Shown: piece by piece, positions 19,441-29,847 of the stretch | Layout of the letters: every line of letters begins with the position of its first letter | How positions within the stretch are numbered: the stretch's first letter is position 1 | From: Aureliella sp. | Lineage (GTDB): Bacteria; Planctomycetota; Planctomycetia; Pirellulales; Pirellulaceae | Assembly: GCA_963691875.1 (NCBI GenBank) | Contig: OY829846.1 | Span: forward strand, 2,272,001 to 2,336,000 | Reading direction: 5' to 3' | Length of the DNA stretch: 64,000 nucleotides | Position numbers and translations under genes: made by a program | Notes under the pieces: model-generated | What the model saw: the letters and a program-made list of their open reading frames with translations, nothing else | Databases searched by the model: none | What the model was told of the DNA's origin: nothing

Positions 19441-22152
19441 CTACACCGACTGAGAATCTTGAAGCAAATGTCGAAGCGGCTCCAACCGCGTCAAAGCCGA
19501 GTCCATGTCTGAATCTTCTACAGGTTTGATGAGATAGTCTTTCGCGCCGAGCTCTCGAGCTCGATCGGTAAACTCGCGTTCGCAGCGACTGCTGATGATC
19601 ACCACTGGCGGAGCCTTTTCTTTTCGTACTGCAGAAACTTGTTCCAGCAGTCCCATGCCATCCAAATGCGGCATTTCCATATCGCTGAAGACTGCCGTGA
19701 AGTTTTCCTTTTTGATCAGCTCTACGGCTTCCTGGCCATTGGTTGCTTCGACGATGTCGAGTGCGAAGCGAGACAATGAGCGCACGACGCGTTTGCGAGC
19801 ACTTAAGGAATCGTCGACGACCAAGACGCGAGGCAGCTTACTACGCTGCGACGTTAATCGTCCCTTTTGGGGGCGATGCTCTGGGCGAGTCTCCGATTGT
19901 GCTTGGAGAACTCGGCGGGCATCAAGTAATAAAACGGCTTGCCCCATACCCGACAACGTTGCCCCGACGCAGAAGGGATGATTACGGAGCAAACCTGGAA
20001 GGGGACGAACCACGAGTTCTTCGGGTCCGACAAGCTCGTCAACGTATAAGGCGATTGGAGTGACATTGCCGTTCTGATCGTTGGCAATCACAATCGCGTG
20101 GTCTGTGTCCTTGGGCTCACCCGGCAGACCTAGCAAACCTGCAAAGTTGGCTTGAGGTATTTCTGGATTCACCTCCCCGGCTGCTTGAACCGACTCCATC
20201 GGCAATGCGAACAACTGCCCGGCACTTCGGAAGACCATAGCGTGTTGAATTACTGATGGCAGTGGGAAACTCAGGCAAATCGTAGTGCCTTTCCCTGGCT
20301 CGGATTGAACTTCAAGCCAGCCACGCATCTTTTCGAGTGTTGCTGCAACAACGTCCATCCCAACGCCGCGACCTGCAACTTGATTCGCCGAGTCGCGTGT
20401 AGAGAATCCAGGTTGGAAAATAAGTTGCGAAAGTTCTTCTCGTGAGGCGGCATGATCGGCGGCTAGCAATCCACGTTCAATACCGCGTCTGCGAATGGCC
20501 TCGTAGTCGAGCCCTCGGCCATCGTCGCGAATCTCAATGGCGAAAAGATCGGGGCCTGATTTGGCCGTTAGCGAGATCCTGCCTTCTGCCAGCTTGCCTT
20601 GTGATTCGCGGGTCTCCGCGTCTTCAATGCCGTGACAAACAGAGTTGCGGACGATGTGCAGAAGTGGCTCGTACAAGTTTTGCTGCAAGCTGCGCTCGAT
20701 ACCTGCATCTTGGCCGATCAGCTCCAGTTTGACTTGCTTGCCTTCCGCTTGGCCTGCATCCCGAACAGCGCGTTGCAGCCTTCGGAAGAGCCCCGAGATG
20801 GGAGTTCTGCGAAGCTGAACCAGCTCTTGACGAAATTGACCAATAAAACGCGAAACGGAAGAATTGGCATCGGCGAAGGGACGAACACAGTTTTTCAGTC
20901 CTTGAGCGGCTTCGAGAACGTCGTTGGCAACTTCGGAGATTTGCAGCGAAGTACTCTGACTTTGAATGATATCGGTTTCGCTTCTCAGTAGTCGCATCTG
21001 CGAAACACTTGTAATCAGCTCGTGATAGACATTTTGTAGCTCTGCGATTTCTGACTCGCGTTGATTCCGCAGTGTGACCAACTCGGCCAACATATCCATC
21101 AGTCGATTGAGCTGAGAAGCCTTGACTCGAACTGTCTCATCATCAGATGCGTCATCGCTGAAGTGAATCGCCGGTGCAGGATTTCGAGTTTCATCCGCTG
21201 GAGATGTGGCAACTTGTTGAGCGCTCGGTTCAGCTCCCAAAACATCCAATGATTCGGTAGTCCCAGGAGCCTGAATACGCGCAACTTCGTTTCGAATCTG
21301 ATCCACGCAGCCCAACAGTTTATCTATGCTCGGCGTGCGGCCCGCTTGCTCATCCTCTCGGAGGCCTTCTTCGATATCATGAATGTGATCAGCCAAACTC
21401 GACAGACCGATGCTAGCCGAGGCTCCTTTAAGCGTATGGAGCTCACGAAGGATCTGCTGCAAGGAAGCCCTATCCTTAGGCTGGTCTTCCAGCTTCAACA
21501 GAGCGTTTTCCATCGAGCCTAGGCAGCTATCAGCATCTGCAACGAAAGCTTCTTGCAGTTCTGGAATGATGGATTCGATTCCAGCAAAGACATCCACCGG
21601 ATTGGACTCTTGACTTGGCTCGGGAGCCTCCTGTTCCGAAAGCTCGGGAACGCACGTTGCTGCTTCCCGAATGACTGGTGCAGCTTCGGGCAGCGCGGGC
21701 GCAGCTTGACCGCCGAGTTGACTCAGAAGGGCTTGGACTTCCTCCGCACTCGGCGTTGGTAGAGCCGAGTCCACTTCTACTTGATCGCTATCGTTAGAGT
21801 TGTCGATCTCAGCACCAGCTTCGCCGAAAGCCCAGTCTTCGGCGTCCAAATCAGCCGATTGAACGAGTCGCTCACCCCAGTTCTCGACCGCATTCTCTAG
21901 AAGCGATTCCAACGCCTGGAAGTCCGAGGAATCGTTTTCGATCAGCCCGCGAAGTTCTGTAAATCCATTTTGAATCAAACCGCTCAATGCAGCATCGTCT
22001 TGTTCGCTGCTGAGGTTGATCGCGATAAGCTGTCTTAGCAAGCCTGCAAAGTCGCATAGCTCTGGAGCTTGCTCACGGAGCTCAGGCTGAATTTCAGTCA
22101 GCAGTTCGGCGGTATCCGCCAGCGATAGTTCGTGTCCGGTAGATGAACTCAT
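19441..22152 (-). CDS. cheA: CheA-like histidine kinase / response regulator hybrid (Hpt-dimerisation-HATPase-CheW-REC)
   Basis: RELHTLKGAS Hpt, VRVKASQLNRLMD, HIVRNSVCHGIE, DDGRGLD, IFQPGFST, GRGVGMDVV; C-terminal VLVVDDS..DMEMP..YLIKP. Confidence 0.95.
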   Translation of the reverse strand: MSSSTGHELSLADTAELLTEIQPELREQAPELCDFAGLLRQLIAINLSSEQDDAALSGLIQNGFTELRGLIENDSSDFQALESLLENAVENWGERLVQSADLDAEDWAFGEAGAEIDNSNDSDQVEVDSALPTPSAEEVQALLSQLGGQAAPALPEAAPVIREAATCVPELSEQEAPEPSQESNPVDVFAGIESIIPELQEAFVADADSCLGSMENALLKLEDQPKDRASLQQILRELHTLKGASASIGLSSLADHIHDIEEGLREDEQAGRTPSIDKLLGCVDQIRNEVARIQAPGTTESLDVLGAEPSAQQVATSPADETRNPAPAIHFSDDASDDETVRVKASQLNRLMDMLAELVTLRNQRESEIAELQNVYHELITSVSQMRLLRSETDIIQSQSTSLQISEVANDVLEAAQGLKNCVRPFADANSSVSRFIGQFRQELVQLRRTPISGLFRRLQRAVRDAGQAEGKQVKLELIGQDAGIERSLQQNLYEPLLHIVRNSVCHGIEDAETRESQGKLAEGRISLTAKSGPDLFAIEIRDDGRGLDYEAIRRRGIERGLLAADHAASREELSQLIFQPGFSTRDSANQVAGRGVGMDVVAATLEKMRGWLEVQSEPGKGTTICLSFPLPSVIQHAMVFRSAGQLFALPMESVQAAGEVNPEIPQANFAGLLGLPGEPKDTDHAIVIANDQNGNVTPIALYVDELVGPEELVVRPLPGLLRNHPFCVGATLSGMGQAVLLLDARRVLQAQSETRPEHRPQKGRLTSQRSKLPRVLVVDDSLSARKRVVRSLSRFALDIVEATNGQEAVELIKKENFTAVFSDMEMPHLDGMGLLEQVSAVRKEKAPPVVIISSRCEREFTDRARELGAKDYLIKPVEDSDMDSALTRLEPLRHLLQDSQSV

Positions 22153-22164
22153 GCTCGGCTCTCC

Positions 22165-23496
22165 TTAGCTAGCGGGTTGCAGTTCGGGTTGCACTTCCAC
22201 ATCATCCGCATGCGCGTCGCTGCGAGGTTCGGTTTGTGGCAAGCCCTGACCGCAGTCCTGAAGTCGACGCACGACATTGTCGATCTGAGGGTTAGAATTC
22301 GTCAGCGACTTCATCGTCCAACCCGCGTTTTCCGCGTTGCTGCGGTTCGACTTTGCGAGGCCAGAGATTTGCTCTACTGCGACTACGACATCTTGAGCCA
22401 ACTGCAGCTGCTGAATGGCCGACTCAGAGATCTGTTCGAGCGAACGTACTTCATGACCGAGTTGCCCAATCTCTTTCAGGCTCTGCTCGGCTTGTTCAGC
22501 TCGACGAACCCCGGCTTCGACTTGCTCACGCTCACGCATGATGCCGCGAATCGATTCCTGGGTGACCAGCTGCATAGAGTCTAGTAGGCTGTTGATCTCG
22601 CGGGTGGCATCAGTCGCTTGCTCGGATAGTTTCCGAACTTCTTCTGCAACAACCGCAAAGCCGCGACCATGCTCACCGGCCCGAATCGACTCGATAGAGG
22701 CGTTCAGGGCGAGCAAGTCGGTACGTGACGCTATGTCGCCAATCGATTCGACGATAGCGCTGATCTGTCGAGTCGGATCACATAGGGCTCGCATGTTTTT
22801 TTCACAAGTCAACGACTCAGAGTGAACAAGTCGCATTCCTTGGCTGAGTTCTTGCATGTGCTCCAAAGCAGCCATAGCGGTTCTCTCGGTCTGCTGCATC
22901 ACATTCTGTGCAGAGGCGGCATTGCTTGAAACGTTATCGATGGTGGACGAGAGCTGTTCGATGTAGGCTGTAGTCTTGATAACTGCGTGCCCTTGCGACT
23001 CAGCACCGTCAGTAATCGACTTGGCGATTTGCTCAACTTCTTCGGCTTCCTCTTGCAGTTGGTTCAAGTGCGAATGTAAGGTTGCGCCAAGCCCATTGAG
23101 GATGCTGCGAAGATGCATGCTGGAAGGTGCACCCTTGGAACGCCGATCAAGCATAGTGATCATGTTTTGGAATTCGCGAGTCTGGCTACGTGTGTCGGCT
23201 GCGATTGATTCCCAGTGTTTCGCATCCTCAGCGAGACTTGTGTTTAATGCATCAAACTCGGCGATACCGGTTGGCTGCGGCGGGTTATAGTCATGGATGG
23301 CTTGTTCGATGCCTTTCAACCCACGCGACAGCTTGCGAGCCGCCAATGTGCTGGCCCCGAGTGCACCGGCTGCTGCCAAGCTGGGTGCGATTGTCAGACC
23401 CCAGCTTTCGTCTAGGAGCAGTGCAGTGGCGAAAAGTGCACCGGTGACTGTAGCGGTGCAGAAGTGAGTTAGTATGAGGTACAGTTGTAATTTCAT
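22165..23496 (-). CDS. Methyl-accepting chemotaxis protein with TM hairpin and no periplasmic sensor domain
   Basis: [36 protein letters not shown] signalling tip; two adjacent N-terminal hydrophobic segments followed by a HAMP-like region. Confidence 0.95.
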   Translation of the reverse strand: MKLQLYLILTHFCTATVTGALFATALLLDESWGLTIAPSLAAAGALGASTLAARKLSRGLKGIEQAIHDYNPPQPTGIAEFDALNTSLAEDAKHWESIAADTRSQTREFQNMITMLDRRSKGAPSSMHLRSILNGLGATLHSHLNQLQEEAEEVEQIAKSITDGAESQGHAVIKTTAYIEQLSSTIDNVSSNAASAQNVMQQTERTAMAALEHMQELSQGMRLVHSESLTCEKNMRALCDPTRQISAIVESIGDIASRTDLLALNASIESIRAGEHGRGFAVVAEEVRKLSEQATDATREINSLLDSMQLVTQESIRGIMREREQVEAGVRRAEQAEQSLKEIGQLGHEVRSLEQISESAIQQLQLAQDVVVAVEQISGLAKSNRSNAENAGWTMKSLTNSNPQIDNVVRRLQDCGQGLPQTEPRSDAHADDVEVQPELQPAS

Positions 23497-23528
23497 CGAG
23501 ATACGTTTCCTTGTGCGAGGCTCTCGGA

Positions 23529-24017
23529 CTAAGCCTGATGTTGGGGGCTCCAGTACTTCTCCAAGATCTGGTGCACTTTCGCGTGAAGGCGCCCTCGGTG
23601 AAGCACGCGTACGATTTTGTCTCGGAACATCGCGGTGCCAAGAAGTGTGTCGCCAGAACGCGATCCCGGTGCAACACTGGTTTCGACGGACTCGAGAGTC
23701 GCCGAATCAGAAATGAGCAGCGACCAGGCGGATCTGCCTTCGAAGACGAGTAGTCGTTCTCTTCCGACCCGTTCGGCAGCGGCTTCGTAATCGAGAAGTG
23801 CTGTTAGCGAAACAACCGGAATAAACTCATTGCGGAGATGGCAGAGCCCAAGCAGCGAGGGAGGGCAGAAGGGGAGACGCACCAAGTCAGGAGGAACCAC
23901 GATCTCTCGTACTGCAACGGCGGGTACTGAGTACCAACTTTCGCCACAGCGAAACACGCAGTGCTTGCTGGTGTCCACACCTTCTACGTTTGTTTTTGCC
24001 GGGGCGAGTGTTTCCAT
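23529..24017 (-). CDS. cheW: CheW adaptor protein
   Basis: VREIV...[24 protein letters not shown] pattern; adjacent to the MCP and CheA. Confidence 0.9.
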   Translation of the reverse strand: METLAPAKTNVEGVDTSKHCVFRCGESWYSVPAVAVREIVVPPDLVRLPFCPPSLLGLCHLRNEFIPVVSLTALLDYEAAAERVGRERLLVFEGRSAWSLLISDSATLESVETSVAPGSRSGDTLLGTAMFRDKIVRVLHRGRLHAKVHQILEKYWSPQHQA

Positions 24018-24173
24018 TGCTTGGCTCTGATGTCGTTCGCTTGAGCGTGCCTGATTATTCCGTAGAGCAGGATGACGCTAGCCTCCGATTCCAATTGGCT
24101 AGAACCGGCGGCTAGCGTCAGAGCCGCTCTCATTTTTTGGCGTCTTGCGCCATGCCCACTTCAAGTGTTTCCT

Positions 24174-24611
24174 TTAGTTATTTCGCAGTTGTTGCTGCAG
24201 ACGCATCTTGATCGCTTGCAACCGATCCTGCTGCTTATCGTCTACTTCGCCACTGCTCTGAGGACTGGCAATCTGGACTTGCTGCTGAGGCCGCGTTGCC
24301 TGTGGTTCCAACGTTTCGATGAGATTGTCAATCCTGCTTTCTGAACCAGGAAAAGAACCCACTGCCTGGGGCAAAGCCCCAAGCAGCGAGTCCTCGAGTC
24401 TTGACTCGTTGTTGTTTACCTTGGCCGCAGCTTCACTTTGCTCCGATGCGTCGCACTGCTTCTCTGCCGTCAAGTGCGTTTCGATGCTTTCCAATCGCTC
24501 CTGGGCCTGGGAAAGGAACTGACGGAGCTCCTCCCTCATTTCACTGCTCGTAGCGAACGGCGCCGCAGAAGGATTGTTTGTTTCGGCCGTCTTCAAATTC
24601 ATCTCGCGCAT
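24174..24611 (-). CDS. Hypothetical protein with helical ends and a low-complexity middle
   Basis: 145 aa; overlaps the CheY-like stop; same strand as the operon. Confidence 0.7.
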   Translation of the reverse strand: MREMNLKTAETNNPSAAPFATSSEMREELRQFLSQAQERLESIETHLTAEKQCDASEQSEAAAKVNNNESRLEDSLLGALPQAVGSFPGSESRIDNLIETLEPQATRPQQQVQIASPQSSGEVDDKQQDRLQAIKMRLQQQLRNN

Positions 24612-24979
24612 GTCTCCAGCTCGGCACTAGCGAGTAATTGATTGATGGTGGACAGCAATTCCGCTTCCTGTGCAGGTTTGGGAATGTAAGCTCCCAGTTG
24701 ATCCCCCAACGCGGCTAGATGATTCCCGGGATCTTTGGTGAGGAAGATAATGGGAATCGTGGCTTGGCTAAGAATTTTTTCGCAAGCAGTGTAGCCATCC
24801 ATCTCCGGCATCTGAATGTCTAAGATGGCAAGTTGAGGTTCATAGAGGCGAGCAAGGTCAACTGCTTCACGACCATCGGTGGCCAATACGACTTGGTAGT
24901 CTGCATCCGTCAAAATTCGATTTAACGATACGCGCACAGTGCGGCTGTCGTCAGCGACTAGAATTCGCGTGCTCTGCAT
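24599..24979 (-). CDS. Single-domain CheY-like response regulator
   Basis: ILVADDS, ILDIQMPEMDG, IIFLT and YIPKP motifs; start 24979 (ATG) or 25015 (GTG). Confidence 0.92.
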   Translation of the reverse strand: MQSTRILVADDSRTVRVSLNRILTDADYQVVLATDGREAVDLARLYEPQLAILDIQMPEMDGYTACEKILSQATIPIIFLTKDPGNHLAALGDQLGAYIPKPAQEAELLSTINQLLASAELETCAR

Positions 24980-25004
24980 TGGACTTCGACCATTGAGACT
25001 CGTG

Positions 25005-25220
25005 CTAGGAGGCACAAGCTTCGCGGAAACTGGTTCGTTCTTCGGCAGTCCGGCTATCTACAAGAGACCCGTGACTTTGCGTCCCAACCTCGCGGCCGGT
25101 TTGCCATTTTCGGACGAACTGGTCGAACTCCGCTTCCAGGCTGGATGCTTGGCGGGAGAGCGAGCGGCTCATCAGAAGCGATGTCGTTGCCGACATCCAA
25201 CTGAAACATGCGTCGAACAC
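25005..25220 (-). CDS. Small hypothetical protein, possible first gene of the chemosensory operon
   Basis: 71 aa, GTG start, abuts the CheY-like gene; no recognised family. Confidence 0.4.
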   Translation of the reverse strand: MFDACFSWMSATTSLLMSRSLSRQASSLEAEFDQFVRKWQTGREVGTQSHGSLVDSRTAEERTSFREACAS

Positions 25221-26395
25221 GCTAAGAAGTCAAAATAAAACCCCCCTTCAAAACGAAGTCCAGTCATTTCTACGCTCTGAAAGTCAATCTGCCGCAAGAC
25301 TACGCTGGTTCGGTAGGCTCAGGTAAAGCAAACATATTCTTGGGCGAGGTTTTCATTGAGGAAGTCTTACTGCTCTTCCAAGGGCTTCAGAATCAAGTGG
25401 CGAGCATTCTTCGTGAATTAACTCTGAGAAGATCAATAAAGATATCATCCCTGCGGAGCTCTTGGCCCAACGGACTCAAACGCTGCCAATCATGGTCGGG
25501 TGTCCGACGATGTCCTTGATGAAGTTGCGGACTTCTTTCGAGCCGAAGAAACCGAACTTTTACCTTCACTTTCGATCACAAATTTCGCCGAGATGCGACC
25601 ATGAAGATACAAGCAGTTGATGTGACTAGGAGCAGATACAACTCCTCCAAGCTTCGTCTGCTTTTCCGTCGGAGCTAGGAGATCTTTCGTCTTGTCTCTC
25701 AGTTCTTGCTCGAGGTCTCCAGCATGCACCAGCTCGTCGATCAGCAGTCCCAACACGATCGCTTGGTACTCCGGCAGCTAGCGACTGCACTTTCTCGCCA
25801 ATGGTCGTCTACCAAATAGAAAGAGCTGCCTTCGCGGGCTCCTTCTCCCAAAGCCGGGTTGCGTCCGCCGCCAGAGCATCGGGATCGGAAATCCATATGC
25901 GAATCGGATTCGGAACCGGTGAACCTTAGCTCTGATCCTGAAAAGTGACCGGAGTCGCCATTAAAAAATCTCCTACAAAAGTTTTCACTGGCGGCCCGTA
26001 CGGCTCATCTTCCAGGCATTGCGATCGTTCGGAGGTCATGAACCGTTGTCCGTCCAACTCTATCAGCAAGTGCGCAACAGCCTCTTTGTCCGCCTCCGAG
26101 GGCGCAAGGTCCAACTCCTGAAGATATCTCCCGAGCCGACTTCGATCAAAAAACATCAGAATTTAGAACTTGCAACGACAGGTCTTTCTCGCGCTGGTGG
26201 TACTCTCTGTTGTGTCACTAGGTTGTACAAACGTTCACGCTACGTGGAGTTTCTCGCCTGCCCCTTCACAGAAGTGGCATATGACTATGGACTGGCTGCC
26301 ACAGGATAAGGACTCCCAGCAGCCTGTGCGGGCGTCTTGCAAGTTAAATCTGATATACTTTCAGCTTACCGACACCCACCCTTCGGAGCACTGCG

Positions 26396-27067
26396 ATGCA
26401 TCGCACTTCAGTCTTCTTTGCCTTTCTGCTCTTCCCGTCGATCGGATTCTCTTCACTTCCTACCCAAGAGCAGGAGCGTTCGGCTCGCTCGAACTCCCAC
26501 ACCATTGAAAAAAGAAAAGAATTCAAGCCTGCAACCGAAAGAGAAAAGCTACTTGTCGGGATGATCGATGAGTTGCGCCGAGAAGTTGCAGCACTACGAA
26601 GACAGCTGTCCACAATGCGTCAGCGTCGCCCTGCAGAACGCACGCGAGATGGAGATCGTGTGCCCTCTCCAGAGCAAAATGTCCGACGAGATTTGCCGCG
26701 AGAGGGAATGCGTCGCGATGGCGGCCGAGGTGATATCGCACCACGCGAGGGAAGCCGCCCATCCCCGGAAGCACTTCGTGATCGCCCCGCCAACAAAGAA
26801 CGAGAAGCAACTTCGGATCACGCAAAGGTCAACACAAAAATATGGAATCAGGCCAAGCGAATCTTTGCTGCCTACGACAAGAACAAAGATGGCTTCGCGA
26901 GTTTCGAAGAGTGGCTGCAGATGCGAGAAGGCGAAATGACCGACGAACGTCGCGATCGTGAACGCAAGCACTTTGCTGCTCCGGCCGGAAAAGACTCCAA
27001 GATCACGCAAGAAGAATTCTATCAGTGGATGCTCAGTCGCCAACGCGGCAGCCGAGATTCAGACTGA
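26396..27067 (+). CDS. Secreted EF-hand protein with Arg-rich linker
   Basis: Signal-peptide-like N-terminus; canonical EF loop DKNKDGFASFEE; second degenerate loop AGKDSKITQEE. Confidence 0.8.
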   Translation: MHRTSVFFAFLLFPSIGFSSLPTQEQERSARSNSHTIEKRKEFKPATEREKLLVGMIDELRREVAALRRQLSTMRQRRPAERTRDGDRVPSPEQNVRRDLPREGMRRDGGRGDIAPREGSRPSPEALRDRPANKEREATSDHAKVNTKIWNQAKRIFAAYDKNKDGFASFEEWLQMREGEMTDERRDRERKHFAAPAGKDSKITQEEFYQWMLSRQRGSRDSD

Positions 27068-27153
27068 GCCAGGTTGCGAGTTCTTTCACAACCGACAGCT
27101 TCTTTCACAACCCGAGCGTAAGCGAATCAAGGTACAATCGGCAACATCCGCGT

Positions 27154-28599
27154 TTATTGTTCTGAGGCTTTAAAGGCCAACCGTCGGCCAAGAAAATAAA
27201 GTGCGACGACGCAAGCCGTGACAACTAGTGCCGACGCGGCGATGGGAATTTTTTCAAGCACCAACATCGGCAATCCGATCGTCAGCATGCCTCCGCCAAT
27301 GAAGGGCGATGATAGCGGCGCAGCCAAGGCGTAGTCTTCAGCTGCACCGGAATCTACTTTACGGTCCACAATCTTCAGTAGCGTAAAGCCTGTTGCGGTC
27401 GTGCCGGTCGACATGCCGTAGTTGATGATCCCCAACTGAAACCAGTAGTCCTTAGGCAGAAGTCGCGGGGCCAAGACGACTAGACAAAATCCTGTCCAGA
27501 GCAATGCCGCAACCAGCAAAATAAACAACGGTGTGGCGACGGCTTGTAGGGCTTGAATGTTGAGCAGCGTGATGGCGGCCACGATTAGGAAGTCCATCGA
27601 GATGGAACTAATACGTTGAATACTGGCCGTATCAATCAGATCCTCGATTCCGAACTTTCGCATGCCCAAGCGGACGATCAAACCACCAAAAAGTGTGTAA
27701 ATAAAGAGCGGAAAACTCCCAACGGTACCAGCCAGCGAGGTCCGTGATCGCAGGGCTTCTTCAGCCATGCTTTCAGCACTCTCTTCCGTGGCGACGGTTT
27801 GCTTTTGCGGCGATGCCGTCAAGCTCTTTACTGCTTGATGAGCGGTCCAGCCGATCCCAAAGGCGATTCCGACCAATACAACTTGAAGCAGCAATGGGTC
27901 AAGCACTTCCGATCGAATTCGAGCGAAAGCAGCAGGTTCATCCGAGCTGCGATTTTCAAGTCCTTGAATCAAGCTCACCGGACCTTCTTTCGCCCGCAAC
28001 CAACCACGACGAAGCGCTAGGTTGACGTAAATCACCCCAGTGGTCACGCTGAAAATCAATCCCATCGTGGCCATGAATATGCCGAGATCCCGCCCCGCTG
28101 GCAGTCCGACAGAGTCACTCTCTAACACATTTCCCATCGCAGAAGCGGTACCGTGTCCGCCTGCAAATCCAGTCTCAATCAAGATCCCAAAAGAATTGGG
28201 GACATCGAAGAAAGGCTGAATTAACAGCCAAGTGCACAGCAGACCGACCGCTGTTTGACCAAGAACAACAATCCACACCATGATGCCTTCACGGCTCGCC
28301 CCCGCCATGCTTTCTCGCATGGACTTGCTACTCTTTCGCTCGAGCAGCATGCAGGCGAACACAACAGAAATGAGAGTTCTGGGCCACGGATCAAGAGTCT
28401 CTTTGATCGGTTCCAGCCACGAAGAATCTGCGATCTCGCGTTGCTCAAGGACTGCGAACAGTTGCATTACACCAAAGCCAAGGAACCCAGCAACAATTGA
28501 AGCCGGGACGAAGCACCACTGTAGCAGCTTGACACGTACGCGCAGAAGCGTCCCGATCGCGAGTGCGACAATCACAAATAGCGTAGCGACGAGCATCAA
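27154..28599 (-). CDS. gltS: Sodium/glutamate symporter (GltS/ESS family)
   Basis: VPASIVAG, GFAGGHGTA and YGMSTGTTATG motifs; multiple TM segments. Confidence 0.88.
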   Translation of the reverse strand: MMLVATLFVIVALAIGTLLRVRVKLLQWCFVPASIVAGFLGFGVMQLFAVLEQREIADSSWLEPIKETLDPWPRTLISVVFACMLLERKSSKSMRESMAGASREGIMVWIVVLGQTAVGLLCTWLLIQPFFDVPNSFGILIETGFAGGHGTASAMGNVLESDSVGLPAGRDLGIFMATMGLIFSVTTGVIYVNLALRRGWLRAKEGPVSLIQGLENRSSDEPAAFARIRSEVLDPLLLQVVLVGIAFGIGWTAHQAVKSLTASPQKQTVATEESAESMAEEALRSRTSLAGTVGSFPLFIYTLFGGLIVRLGMRKFGIEDLIDTASIQRISSISMDFLIVAAITLLNIQALQAVATPLFILLVAALLWTGFCLVVLAPRLLPKDYWFQLGIINYGMSTGTTATGFTLLKIVDRKVDSGAAEDYALAAPLSSPFIGGGMLTIGLPMLVLEKIPIAASALVVTACVVALYFLGRRLAFKASEQ

Positions 28600-28637
28600 G
28601 CAAAGCCTTGGAACGCTAGGTCAACGGAGAAGCTTAG

Positions 28638-29597
28638 CTACTTGCGGCGTCCCTTGGGGTCCATATTCTTTTCCATGTCGCCATCTGCGAGTTTGGAAAC
28701 CACACCGGCCTCGGGCACTTCTACCTTGGTAACCCACACCAAAGCATTCAACACGACTTTACGGAAGTCTTCATTGCCCCAGTTGCGATGGTAGTGGCCA
28801 CCGGTGAAGCCAAATCCTCGGCCGCCATCAGGTCGTTCGACCACCCACATCATCGCTTCGCCTCGTGCGGCGTTGGCTTGAATGTGCTTGTAAGGGCCCT
28901 TTGGGTAAACGTAGGGACCGTTGCGAACTTTCTCGGAAGGACTCGCCACGAGAATCGGTTTGAATTTCATGCCATCGACCTCCGCTGGCTTGTCACCCGG
29001 TAAGTCAGCGACAAATCGCATATTGAAATACCACTCGTCCTCGACTTTGAAGGGCTGAACACCGCGTGTAATCGGGTGTTCTGGCAGCTCGCCGAATTCG
29101 GGTTCCCACATTGGATTGCAGGAAAACATGTGCTCATAGTGCCCTCCGATCCAACGTTTGAATTCTGCACCGGCTTGGTCCGTTACGATTTCGACACCGT
29201 AGTGCATGCAGCCAACGCCCACGCCTTTCTTCACCCAATCATCGACCAACTTGAGTCGTCGGCCTTTTTCCAGCACGACTTCGTGCCTTCCGCCGCCATC
29301 CATGTAAAACACGACGGCATCGGCTCCTTCGAATATCGACTCATCTTTGGGCCAACCGTTTAGCACAAAGTGAGCATCGAGTCCTTCGACCCTCTGAAGA
29401 CACTGATGAAGCAATTGAACTCCAGCGTTGAATTCATGTGCCCCTGGGCCATGCGAAGGCTTGCCAGCAATGATGACAAGTTTCTTTGCTTTGACTGGCT
29501 CTGTCGCTTCGACATCTGGAAGCCAGGCGAATAGGCCCATCAGGATGAAAATGCTAGTCAGAATTGGATTTGAAAAAAGAGTCGGAATTCGAGACAT
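28638..29597 (-). CDS. ThuA-like (trehalose utilisation, class I GATase-like) secreted protein
   Basis: Signal peptide; AGKPSHGPGAHEF, DEWYFNMRF and GRGFGFTGGHYH motifs. Confidence 0.88.
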   Translation of the reverse strand: MSRIPTLFSNPILTSIFILMGLFAWLPDVEATEPVKAKKLVIIAGKPSHGPGAHEFNAGVQLLHQCLQRVEGLDAHFVLNGWPKDESIFEGADAVVFYMDGGGRHEVVLEKGRRLKLVDDWVKKGVGVGCMHYGVEIVTDQAGAEFKRWIGGHYEHMFSCNPMWEPEFGELPEHPITRGVQPFKVEDEWYFNMRFVADLPGDKPAEVDGMKFKPILVASPSEKVRNGPYVYPKGPYKHIQANAARGEAMMWVVERPDGGRGFGFTGGHYHRNWGNEDFRKVVLNALVWVTKVEVPEAGVVSKLADGDMEKNMDPKGRRK

Positions 29598-29847
29598 AAA
29601 AGGATGCCATTGTGTGAAATAAAGCGGGTTGTTGCGTCGCGCCAGCTCGCAAGTTTTCGGGATCTATTGTACACGACTGCTTAGGGCGGAAGGCGAGTCA
29701 GAATCTGCAAGCCTAAGTTCGGTTTCAAGCAGTATTCCCTGGGGTGAAAACACCTGCCAATGGTAGAAGCTCTCCGGCCGTTCGCCTAGCGAAAGTTCAC
29801 TTCGGTAGAACTCGGAACCAGCGGCCGGAAAAAAAGAGTGACATAGG

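Noticed and set aside
26170..26508. Possible small lipoprotein (VSLGC lipobox-like)
   Set aside because: TTG start, 113-nt overlap with the EF-hand gene and no recognisable domain; cannot be supported, though not excluded.
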